Positions 11,419 through 23,460 of a stretch of 64,000 nucleotides of DNA are shown piece after piece. The notes beneath the pieces are model-generated. The model did no database searches. It worked only from the letters and a program-made list of their open reading frames with translations, and was not told the origin of the DNA. This stretch comes from Octopus sinensis (taxonomy: Eukaryota). Location: assembly GCF_006345805.1 (NCBI RefSeq), contig NC_042998.1:63922001-63986000 (forward strand), written 5' to 3'. The first letter of the stretch is position 1, and the number at the start of each line of letters is the position of its first letter. The position numbers were made by a program, and so were the translations under genes.

Positions 11419-11740
11419 AGTTGAGTCTATGTTCAGTCATAGAGTGACCAATGGTTTGCCGAATGGACCCGGAAGAGTTCGTACGATCCAAACGCAGCCC
11501 TTTTTCCCCATGAAATAAGAACACTAGTCTAACGGGGACAACGTATCCTCAGTGACCCCGGACGATTTATTCCTTGGGAACTAACTGACCAAATGACCCT
11601 AACGGATTCAGGCCGCCCAGAGGTGAATATTTGCATTTGTCTTCGGCTTCAGAGCCTGAATGACCTGACGTTCATGGGGCAAGGGCTTTGTAGATGCGAA
11701 GCTACTGGGCACTCCATGACCGAACATAGATTCGATTGCT
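11416..11740. mobile_element. MITE-like element with ~35-40 bp imperfect TIRs
   Basis: agtagttgagtctatgttcagtcatagagtgacca versus tgggcactccatgaccgaacatagattcgattgct; TA-rich flanks. Confidence 0.7.
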
Positions 11741-11797
11741 TATAAATACAGTACTGCTCTATGCATCACAGTGTATTTCTTTTACGGATATATATAT

Positions 11798-12209
11798 AGG
11801 TGCATGAATGGCTATGTGGTAAGAAGCTTGGTTCCCAACCACATGGTTCCGGGTGCAGTCCTACTGCGTTTCACATTGGGAATGTGCTTTCTACTATAGC
11901 CTCAGGCCGACCAAATACTTATGAGTAGATTTGGTTCTCGGAATCTGAAAGAAGCCCGTCGTATATGTGTGTGTGTGCGTGTATATGTGTGTGTATTTAT
12001 GTGCCTGTGTTTGACTCCCGAATGTTTGACTTAACGAATGATGTTATTATGTTTAAGTCACCGAAACTTAGCGGTTCAGCAAAAGGGACCGATAGAATAA
12101 GTACTAGGCTTACATAGACTTAGTTCTGGGGTCCATTTGTTCGACTACAGACGGTACTCTAGCATAGCAGCAATCAAATGAGTGAAACAAGTAAAATAAT
12201 AAAAGAATA
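11798..12209 (+). mobile_element. SINE type A, full length
   Basis: Head, short (TG)n core and tail all present. Confidence 0.9.
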
Positions 12210-12257
12210 TATGTATGCACTCATACGTTATTATATCTATTCTTTATATGTACATAA

Positions 12258-12636
12258 GTGGCACTCCTTCGGTTGCGACGACGATGGTTCCAGTTGATCC
12301 AACCAACGTTACAGCCTGTTTGTGAAATTAACGTGCAAGTGGCTGAGCACTCCACAGATACTTGCACCCTTAACGTAGTTTTCTGTGAGTTTCAACGTGA
12401 CACAATGCGTGACAAGGGTGGCCCTTTGAAATACAAGTACAAGAGAAACAGGAAGAACGAATGAGAGAAAGTTGGGGTGAAAAAGTACAGCAGGGTTCGC
12501 CACCACCCGCTACCGGAGATTCGTGGAGCTTTGGGTGTTTTCGCTCAATAAACACTCGCAACGTCCGGTCTGGGAATCGAAACCGCGATCGTACGACCGG
12601 GATTCCGCTGTCCTGCCCACTGGGTCATTGCGCCAC
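12258..12636 (-). mobile_element. SINE type C (tRNA-derived), tail variant 1
   Basis: Minus: gtggcgcaatgacccagtggg...gcggtttcgattccc...ttattgagcgaaaacacc...ttcaaagggcca...gtcgcaaccgaaggagtgccac. Confidence 0.9.
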
Positions 12637-12905
12637 AACTATATGCGTAAGTATATATATGTGTGTGTGTGTATGCATACGGACTGACGCAAATAAAAAC
12701 ACATATAGAAATAGAACTACACACATAATTATAGTGGCGGCTGTTCAACATTAAAAGAAAGTTCTCAGTAGTGGGGAATTTAAATGAATATCATTAGAAA
12801 TTCAATATTTCTTATTTTGATAATCAGTGAATAAACTTCACTAAATATAGATATATAGAATTACGAAGTCGAGGCAAATATCACCAGCTGACCGGTGTCT
12901 GCTAC

Positions 12906-12951
12906 TCTAGGCCGATGAAGGACAATGATCCTGAAACACGGTGTCGCTAGA
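12906..12951 (+). ncRNA. Degenerate minimal hammerhead motif
   Basis: TCTAGg CCGATGA AGGA caatga TCCT GAAAC acggt GTC gCTAGA; core U4 is C. Confidence 0.5.
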
Positions 12952-13179
12952 TGCAGTTCCGGCAGCCGGGGGTGTTTGTCTCCCCTTCGTATATCTATAT
13001 AAGGACACAGGGAAAAAAATGTGTCAAAGCTATCAGGAGGCGTTCGATGCTTCCTAGGGCTATACAGCGGTGGTTTACCCCCTACTGTCACGTTCTTGTT
13101 AGATTGACAGTATACAACCATTCTCATTTTATTTAATGTCTGTTTGAAACGTATATATTTTATTCAAAATATATTATAC

Positions 13180-13780
13180 ATGGGCGAAAAATTGCATAGG
13201 AAATAGAAGAATTATTTTATGAATCATTTATGGGGTGGAGATGAGGGCCATTAGGTTTGAATCTGGCGCTGCGATAGGGATAGAAAAAGAAGATATGTTG
13301 CATTGTAATAAACTACGGACTCATAAATGAAATATTGCCTTAAAAAATAAATATACACGAAATTTGTAGGCTCAGAATTGAAAAGGATTATTAGGACGGA
13401 TGTTTTATAAAATGCAACGTAACTCTAAGTATTGAGGATAATAGAAAACATTTGATAGGGTTAATACTTGATTAGGGAATCGCTATGTAAATTGTTGAAT
13501 GTGGGTCAGACAATAAGTGGTGTGTGTTATTATAAGTTATGAATCTAAGAAGATTATTTTAGAAACCGAATTGGGGATTTATACAAACAAGAATGCAGAA
13601 CGTTAGCAAAAGAATTAGGATTGCGAGATCAGTAAGAGATAGAAAGTGGTACGTGATATTTATACAGATGAAAGTATTACAGACGAGGTTATTAAAAGAA
13701 AGTGGACATATAAGGTAAACTGAGAAGGCCAATTTCAAAGGCGAAAAATAAGGTGGTTCATAACAATGAATAAATAGATC
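13180..13780 (+). mobile_element. Possible highly decayed L1/Tx1-like ORF2 fragment
   Basis: Purine-rich; a broken frame gives IEELF..HLWGGDEGH*V, like the FLWGG motif after the RT domain; weak. Confidence 0.3.
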
Positions 13781-13796
13781 ACAATGGTAGAGCGGC

Positions 13797-14945
13797 GAAG
13801 GCGGTGAGCTGGCAGAAACATTAGCAGGCCGGCCGAAATGCGTAGCCGTATTATATCAGCCGTTACGCTCTGAGTTCAAGTTCCGCCTTATTTTTTCCTG
13901 TCTGTGTTTAGCCCCTTGTGTGTAGTAAAGAAATAGGCATTTCGTCTGTCGCTACGTTCTGAGTTCAAATTCCGCCGATGTCGACTTTGCCTTGCATCTT
14001 TTCGGGGTCGATTAATAAGTACTAGTTACGCACTAGGGTCGATATTATCGACTTAATCCGTTTGTCTGTCCTTGCTTGTCCTCTCTGTGTTTAGCCCCTT
14101 GTGGGTAGTAAAGAAATACGTATTTCGTCTGCCGTTAAGTTCTGAGTTCAAATTCCGCCGAAGCTGACTTTGCCTTTCATTCTTTCGGGGTCGATTAAAT
14201 AAGTACCAGTTACGCACTGGAGTTGATGTGATTTGTCTGTCCTTGTTTGTCTCCTCTAAGTTTAGCCCCTTGTGGGCAATAAAGAAATAAGAAACGTTTG
14301 CACGCCGGGCGAAATGCTAGCGGTATTTCGTCTGTCGTTAGGTTCTGAGTTCAAGTTCTGCTGAGGTCGAGTTTGTCTTTCATCCTTTCAGGGTCGATAA
14401 ATTAAGAACCAGTTACACACTGGGATCGATCTAATTACTGGCCCCCTCCCCCAAAATGTCGGGCTTTGTGTCTAGTGTAGAAAAGAAATAATGGTAGAGA
14501 GGCGAGGTGGCAGATTTGTTAGCACGCTGGGCGAAATGTTTAGCAGTATTTCATCTGCCGTTAGGTTCTTAGTTCAAATTCCGCCGAGGTCAACATTGTC
14601 TTTCATCATTTCGGGGTCGATATATTAAGTACCAGTTGCATACGTGGATGCCTCTAATCGACTGTTCCCCTCCTCAAGAATTTTGTGTCTTGTGCCTAGA
14701 TTAGAATAGAGAGGCAAAGGCGACGAGTTAATAGAAACGCTAGCACGCCGCGGGCTTAGCGGTACTTCGTCTGTCTTTACGTTCTAAGTACAAAATTCTG
14801 CCGAGGTCGACTTTGCCCTTTATCCTTTCAAGATCGATTAAATAAGTACCAGTTACGCAATGGGGTCAATGTAATCGATTTAATCCCTTTGTCTATCCTT
14901 GGTTGTCGCTTCTTTGTTTACCCCCCAGTGGATAATAAATAAATA
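13797..14945 (+). mobile_element. Head-to-tail cluster of about six SINE type B units
   Basis: Repeated core ttctgagttcaaattccgccgaggtcgactttgcctttcatcc...gtcgataaattaagtaccagtt; ~183-bp period at 13936/14119. Confidence 0.92.
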
Positions 14946-15339
14946 ACTATATCATAATGGTTTGTAGTTTAGTCGCAAGACCAATAGTTTGAAGAGGATG
15001 GTCATACACATGTATCCTATATTTATCTTCTATCTTTTCTCTTGTCAAAGAAAATATCGCTCCAGCGTTCGCTATCGTACACTCGATCTGGTCTACCGAC
15101 CCGACATATTTATTTTCTTTGGGCTTTCTTTAATTTGGTATATATGGGAGCAACTGTCTTCGAAGAAAATTATTGTAGTTCAGTGGACGAAATGAGGAGT
15201 AAATAGACAGACAACAACTTATGAAGGGTCGTACTTTATGTTACCTGTCCTGTTTACCATTTGTTTCCCTCGTTGTTTGCGTATTGACACCATCTGTCTT
15301 CGTATTTCATGTTGTTTACTGTTGTTGACGTCCTGCACC

Positions 15340-15340
15340 C

Positions 15341-15376
<36 letters not shown>

Positions 15377-15394
15377 CTCTCTCTATATATATAT

Positions 15395-15429
<35 letters not shown>

Positions 15430-15502
15430 TAGATAGAGATACCTATCTATATATATATATATGCATGTGTGTAAATGTATATATACATACACATATATGT
15501 AC

Positions 15503-15543
<41 letters not shown>

Positions 15544-15813
15544 AATACATATATATTCATATTATATATATGTGTGTGTGTGTACATATATACATATATA
15601 TATACTTACATATATATAAATATATATATATACATATATCTATAAATATATATGTACATATATATATATATACATATTCATATATATATATATACATATA
15701 TACATATACATATGTATGTATATATATATATATATATATGCATATATATACATATGTATAAGCATATATATATATGCACATGTATATTTTGCACACACAC
15801 ATATATATATCAT

Positions 15814-15851
<38 letters not shown>

Positions 15852-15937
15852 ATGTCTGTGTGTGTGTGTTTGTGTGTATCTGTGTCTAGGTGTATATATA
15901 CATACATATTATATATATATATATATATTATATATAT

Positions 15938-15988
<51 letters not shown>

Positions 15989-15995
15989 GCATATA
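15340..15995. repeat. Compound microsatellite (TATC)n(GA)n(TA/CA)n
   Basis: Direct reading. Confidence 0.95.
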
Positions 15996-16694
15996 ACCCA
16001 CGGAATAAGTAACAGCCACCCTATAAAGATTTGTGGATATATTGATAAGCTGATTACTAACGTTACTGAAAGCCAATTTGTACGAACCTAAATGAAGAAC
16101 AAGTATCCCTGGCCTAAAATTCATTCTAAGCTACTAAAGTAGCACAGTGAATGGGATTTGTTTACAAATTTGATTCAGCAATCTACTACATGATATCGGC
16201 TAGTTCATAATAGAATACTTATTGTAATCAAGAGCGTATTACTCAGCTGCAGCGGATTTGAACTCAAAGTACGAACAACTACACAAAATCACACATATGC
16301 ATTGTACCTCCCTGTGCGCTTATGTATTTAATATCATAATTTATAAATTCATTAATGAGTATAGCAATATTGTAAAATAACAAATAGAGTTATTTGTTTT
16401 TATCGAAACCTGCTGAGAGCGTAGATTATTTGTTTACACTTCGGATTCCGCATTGTTTTATATCGTATGAATTAATTTGTTTGTTTTGTATTACTTGTAT
16501 TGTTGCTTCTATAGAAATACAAATAACTTTTCTATTACTTTGGAGATAAACTAATTATTGTTACTGCAATTTCAAATGAAAATTTTCATTAGAATAAATC
16601 ATACCTTTATTGCATGTTACGCCTATGAAATTAAATAATATGTCTTACACGCGCAAGCATACAGATACACACATACATCCATTCATATATATAT

Positions 16695-16769
<75 letters not shown>

Positions 16770-17566
16770 TTAAATAATGTATACGTATATTTTCATTTAT
16801 CCTTCATTCATTCATAATAAAACGGTCACTTTAGCGGGTGAATCACATTATGTTTATGTAACTAAGTCCAGTACTTGAAAAGAAAGCATACACACTTATT
16901 TTAACGGATATTCATATTGACAAGATTTCTGAGAAATAGCTTGGTTGGAAAATAATACGTTACCTTGACAAGTATTCTCTTAATCATTTCAACATTAAAT
17001 AACATACTATCAATTCCTCGTTTGCTTTATCTTACAACAAAAGAATGACATAATTACCAAAACAAAACATGTCAAGAAGTATGCATGATTTTAATAGTTC
17101 CTATTTTTTTTCAACTTATTTAGAATGATTATTCTGCTATGTTGCATATTATAGATGCACCCAATACCAAGAACTACATGATTGCGAAGAAAAAATATAA
17201 AACTGAAAGCAGAAAAGGAAAGAATAAAAATCGCTGGATGATCATTGATGTTTTGAAATGAGAGAAAATTTGATAATTACAATTTTTATATTTTATTTTC
17301 ATTTTCGCTTAATTTCTCATTGGTGAACACAGTTGTTGGAAGAAATAAAATTTATTGAACGTTATGCTGTTTATTATTCAAATTTAATCAAAGCTGTCAA
17401 CTTAAGATGAGTAACTCTTTGAAAATAAGGCAAATTCCTTTTGACTGGTTTAACCTCGATAATAACATGTAGAGGTAGAAAAATGTAAATTGCAAAAATT
17501 AATTGAATATATTGAATCTGTGTTTATTAAACAGTTTGCACCGGAAATATTAATGTGTAATCTTAC

Positions 17567-17644
17567 TATGCTTTTTGGATCTGTGTGCTTTCGTAAACAT
17601 ATTAATCCCTCTTCATATACATGGATCTCGTGCAATGGACACTC
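17567..17644 (-). CDS. Candidate exon (78 nt, phase 0-0), product unknown
   Basis: ttcacatag acceptor and gtaaga donor; only open frame is ECPLHEIHVYEEGLICLRKHTDPKSI. Confidence 0.2.
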
Positions 17645-18394
17645 CTATGTGAATATTAAATAATAATTTCAAGGGTTTGTCAAATGCATAATCATCCGTC
17701 ACACTTCATGCTAAGTATACAACACAAAATTTACCTTCATCGTATCCAAATTTTAATATGTGATGTAATAAAATCCATCGAAACATAGCCGAAAATGTTA
17801 TGATGACTATATTAGATTGCAAATAAGATATGCCGATAAACGCAAACGCATTGCATTGACATTTGTACATATTTTACCTCTCGAAGTATATAACCACATT
17901 GTCTAGGCCGAATGACTATCCAGATCAATAAAATATTAAAACGAATCCACTACATAGCGTCGAATACATGACTTACTATTTACAGCTATTGCTCATAAAG
18001 ACAAAATATTTGATGACCATGCAATATAATTCTTGCAATAAGCGCACAAATATTTATATGTTTGTTTTTGTTTTTTCGGAACTCAGACACGACACATCTC
18101 ACAAAACCTCAGATTTCACTTTCCTACATTGCTACAAATCAGTTGAACCTTAGAGCAATTAATTAATGAGTTTTCCCTTTCAAAAAGAATTGCTATAAGT
18201 GAGCCGGTCAGTGCAGATCATGTGGTCAATGGGTTTTCTGATCAAACATCGTTATTATTAATATATATTTTGGAGGGATTTATTAACCAGGACATAGTTC
18301 TTTCATATTGAACTGAGGCCAGGTCTAACTTCGATGGGCTCGTCAAACACTTAAGCAATAACTAAACTCTCTACACACGATTGAACAAGGACTC

Positions 18395-18420
18395 ATGTAT
18401 GTACGAATATATGTATATGT

Positions 18421-18489
<69 letters not shown>

Positions 18490-18620
18490 GATATATATAT
18501 ACATAAATAATTATATATACATATATGTATGTATATATATATGTATATATAATTATATATACATATATGTATATATATATATATATGTATGTATATTTGT
18601 ATGTATATATAATATGTATG

Positions 18621-18703
<83 letters not shown>

Positions 18704-18706
18704 GTG

Positions 18707-18780
<74 letters not shown>

Positions 18781-18788
18781 TATATATT
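18395..18788. repeat. Degenerate (TA)n array
   Basis: Direct reading. Confidence 0.95.
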
Positions 18789-18789
18789 T

Positions 18790-19183
18790 ATTGCCCAAAT
18801 GATGTTGGCATCACCTTTAAGGTACATCCAAGGCTTGGGCTCCGTGCCATCCGCCCAAAACAAAAAATCGCACCCTCATCTCATAACAACAATACGGCAC
18901 AATTATTTCACCTCAATTGGCCCCGCTCTCTTTAACATTACACCAAACACATTAAAACAGAAACTGACCCTATAGGGTTCAAGAAGTCTTTGGACAGATT
19001 CCTTCAAGAAATCCCGGATAAACCCCCTACACCCGGATATGTCTCTGTAAACAATAACTCTCTACTTGAGTGGGCCATAGTGCCCAAATTCTGACTTGAA
19101 AGACTTCACCAGGTGGTGCTATTAAGTTAGACATGGCCTGGGCCAATAATGGCCGAAACCTATCAAAGTATCAAAGTATCAAA

Positions 19184-19190
<7 letters not shown>
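18790..19190 (+). mobile_element. 3' fragment of a second CR1-clade LINE family
   Basis: Translates, with one frameshift, to [21 protein letters not shown]...HNYFTSIGPALFNI...FKKSLDRFLQEIPDKP; 3' hairpin ggcc-aataat-ggccgaaac; (ATCAAAGT)3 tail. Confidence 0.8.
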
Positions 19191-19225
<35 letters not shown>

Positions 19226-20449
19226 AGAATGATTCAAATTCGTTGGTACTCTTGACTTTCAAATCTGATTCTATTTGCCAGTCAAATGACTGGTGACTCC
19301 CCATACATGTAACTCCTAATAAATTGGTTGTGTGCCCTTCTTTCGTATATGTATATATCAAATGAATATCTTATTAAACTATTCCGCACATACAATAACA
19401 GCCGTAATAACAATCCAACATCCCTCGATCATCAGCTGCCCCACGGATATCACTACGTTTTCGATATCCGGACAGTATCATTCAATCCGGTGGTGTCAAC
19501 AACACCAAAATAAGTGTTGTTTGCGAACAAACATACCTTATGTATCACCACATTCATTCAATCTCAATTCTAGGAAGGATTAAACACTAACATTAATAAT
19601 TAAACTACAACAAAGAAACCACATTTACCCTATGTACAAAAACCGTTTCGGTACATTAATAATTTTGTAAGTAAACCTATAACTAACTCTTAAGTTATCT
19701 AACTAAATATCAGCCCAGCCCTTGAAGTCCATATATATACTAGTTCCACCGGTCTTACATAGTTATCAATATAAAGTTGAAAGCATTTATATTCTATTTT
19801 TCAAAAACAAAACAAACTCGATTCAACTTAACAGAGAACATAACTAATTCTAAGTGAATTGCGCTATTTCACGACCCAAAGTCAAGAATAGAAACATTCC
19901 ATACATACTAAATCTGCGTTATCCTCACATGCTCTAAAGTTAAACTTGTACCTGTAATTTAATAGATAATACTAAATATTCTTATTAAATCAGGAACTAA
20001 AAAGCATACCAATAATTAATAATTACTTTTTTTAAAAAACAGTGTAACGATTAAAGCTAAATATATAACTTTTTAAAAGATAACATAAGATAAATATTAC
20101 CGCTTAGATGTTATGTTGGAAAACAAGGTTATAATCAACTATTTTCTCAAAACAGCTTAACTATTTGGTGGCGTTGTGGGTAGTCGACTACATTCTCAAA
20201 TGTATTTAACTATTTTGGTGAAGTAGTACGCAATTAGAGTGACTTGTAAACAGTCCACATATGGTCAACCTACAATCCAAATCATTTGACATTTACAAAT
20301 ATTTACTAAGTTGAATGCTAGATATTATACCATAATCATTTAAAATTTGAAGTCACCCACCTAAACAGCGATTAAACATATCAACTAATTTACTGTATCA
20401 TTACTCTTGTTTTGCTAATGTCTTAACAGTTTATGTATGTGTGTGTGTT

Positions 20450-20494
<45 letters not shown>

Positions 20495-20589
20495 ATATAT
20501 ATATATAATAACAAAATAATAAATAAAACATATGCATATATACATACATATATGTACGTACCTACATCTATATGTATATATACATGCAT

Positions 20590-20790
20590 ATATGGGTACA
20601 GGACACCATAAAGAAACGTCGAACACAATGAGAAACGAAAACATAAACACAAAACCAAGGAAATGGACATTTTTGTTAAACAACGAAAAAATAGAGTACA
20701 AGACATACAACACAAAGAACATTCCCCTTCTTCAGCCGCCTCTGTTTCATCTACTCCGCATTTCGAAGGTCGACGTTTAAGTATAAGGTA
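20590..20790. repeat. Interspersed repeat fragment, possibly Penelope-derived
   Basis: Resembles recalled octopus PLE-type fragments (aacacaatgagaaacgaaaac...ttccccttcttcagcc); not verifiable here. Confidence 0.3.
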
Positions 20791-21054
20791 AGTATAGTAC
20801 GTAAGTAAGCTTCGAACAGTCCAATAATCCATTGGTGAGGGTTGTAGGCTTTATTTATATCGATAAGCTGGAAAATATGTTTTCATATAATACACGGTTA
20901 GCAACTTGGGTCGCTTTGAATGGGAATATAAATCCAAACTGGGGGATTTGACCAGGTAAAGTTCACTCTACACATGCTTCCTAGTTAGCAACCCTCTGAT
21001 GTAGCAATTAGTCAGCTAGTTGCTCATGTGGCTGAAGATACTTTCCTTATAAGA

Positions 21055-21270
21055 GGACGTTAGCACGCCAGGCGAAATGCGTAGCCGTATTTCGACCGCC
21101 GTTACGTTCTGAGTTCAAATTCCGCCGAGGTCGACTTTGCCTTTCATCCTTTCGAGGTCGATAAATTAAGTACCAGTTACGCACTGGAGTCGATATAATC
21201 GACTTAATCCGTTTGTCTGTCCTTGTTTGACCTCTCTGTGTTTAGCACCTTGTGGGTAGTAAAGAAATAG
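21055..21270 (+). mobile_element. SINE type B, tail variant 1
   Basis: Near-consensus core and tail ending gtagtaaagaaata. Confidence 0.92.
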
Positions 21271-22022
21271 ATACTTATATGAAAGTTACGTTGTCGTTAA
21301 GGAATCCCTACCAACTCGCGTACAAATAATATTTCCCCCAATAATTTACCTAGTTATTCTTATTACATTCCCAGCCCCACTTGAATGTATTTATAACTGA
21401 TACTTGTTTAAGCTATCGTTATATATTTTCTTAACCTTGTGATCTGTTTAGACCTTCCCTTTTGCATTTCTTCAATGTATTTATAACATACATTCCGTGA
21501 TATCTTTATATATTTCATTAACAATGTGATCTCTTTATTATCTTCCTTTTTTTGCCTACAGAAATGTGATGTGCATGTACGTACGTGCGTCTGTAAACGT
21601 ATGCAAATCTTTTGGGCACGCAGTAAATGTACGCATGAGCGCGGCGTTACGCGTATATGTTTGTATATTTAATATGATGTAGTACTCGACCACATTTAAC
21701 TAGAACTACTATGTCCCCGCACCCACTAGAATGCAATCTTCGAATCCTAACTTCCTCTTCTCTCATTCGTCCTCTTTTTTCTTAATTATTCCACCCAATT
21801 CCCACTCCTAAATTTACCCGCTTCCTTTTCTTTCTCATCTCTTTTAAATTCTTTTGTATATAAATATTTACGCATGGGTGCAACCAAGTATCGGTTTACA
21901 GTACACAAAGTAAAATGACCCCAGCTAACCCCCCCCCCACTAAAGTCAGTATCCAACTAAACTATATCTCCTGTCTTCCCTCCTCCACTACATTTCTTTA
22001 TTCTAAAGAACTTTAGAAAAAT

Positions 22023-22856
<834 letters not shown>

Positions 22857-22924
22857 TATATGAAAGAATGGAGCTGAACGACGAATTAACAAAATTCCTT
22901 TATTTAACTTCAACCGTGTTTTTT

Positions 22925-23001
22925 CTGATATGAATTTGCCACCCAGGTATCGGCTAATTCGAATTATCCTTAATAAGATAATTCATTCAACTACTCAAAT
23001 A

Positions 23002-23067
<66 letters not shown>

Positions 23068-23068
23068 A

Positions 23069-23110
<42 letters not shown>

Positions 23111-23313
23111 CATATACATATACATATATATATATATCTTATATATATATATATATATAATATAAATTACATATAATACATTTATATTATATATATATAT
23201 ATATATATTAAAATATATATATATATATATATAATATATATATATATATTTTAATATATATATACTATATAAATATATATATGTCCTTTTATTTTATAAC
23301 TATATATCATATA

Positions 23314-23350
<37 letters not shown>

Positions 23351-23460
23351 TATATTCTACATATAAATATATAGTGTTATACATAATATATATATATATA
23401 TACATATAAAATATTATATACCTATACATATAATATATATACTATATATATATATTTACG
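22925..23460. repeat. Degenerate (TA)n array between the two LINE copies
   Basis: Direct reading. Confidence 0.9.

Noticed and set aside
13797-14945. Repeat arrays superficially like CRISPR or satellite (also 48682-49765)
   Set aside because: Units are ~180-230 bp diverged SINE B copies without unique spacers; eukaryotic context, no cas genes
20700-20745. CUGAAGA-AGGGG..CUUU on the minus strand
   Set aside because: No GAAA after the putative stem II
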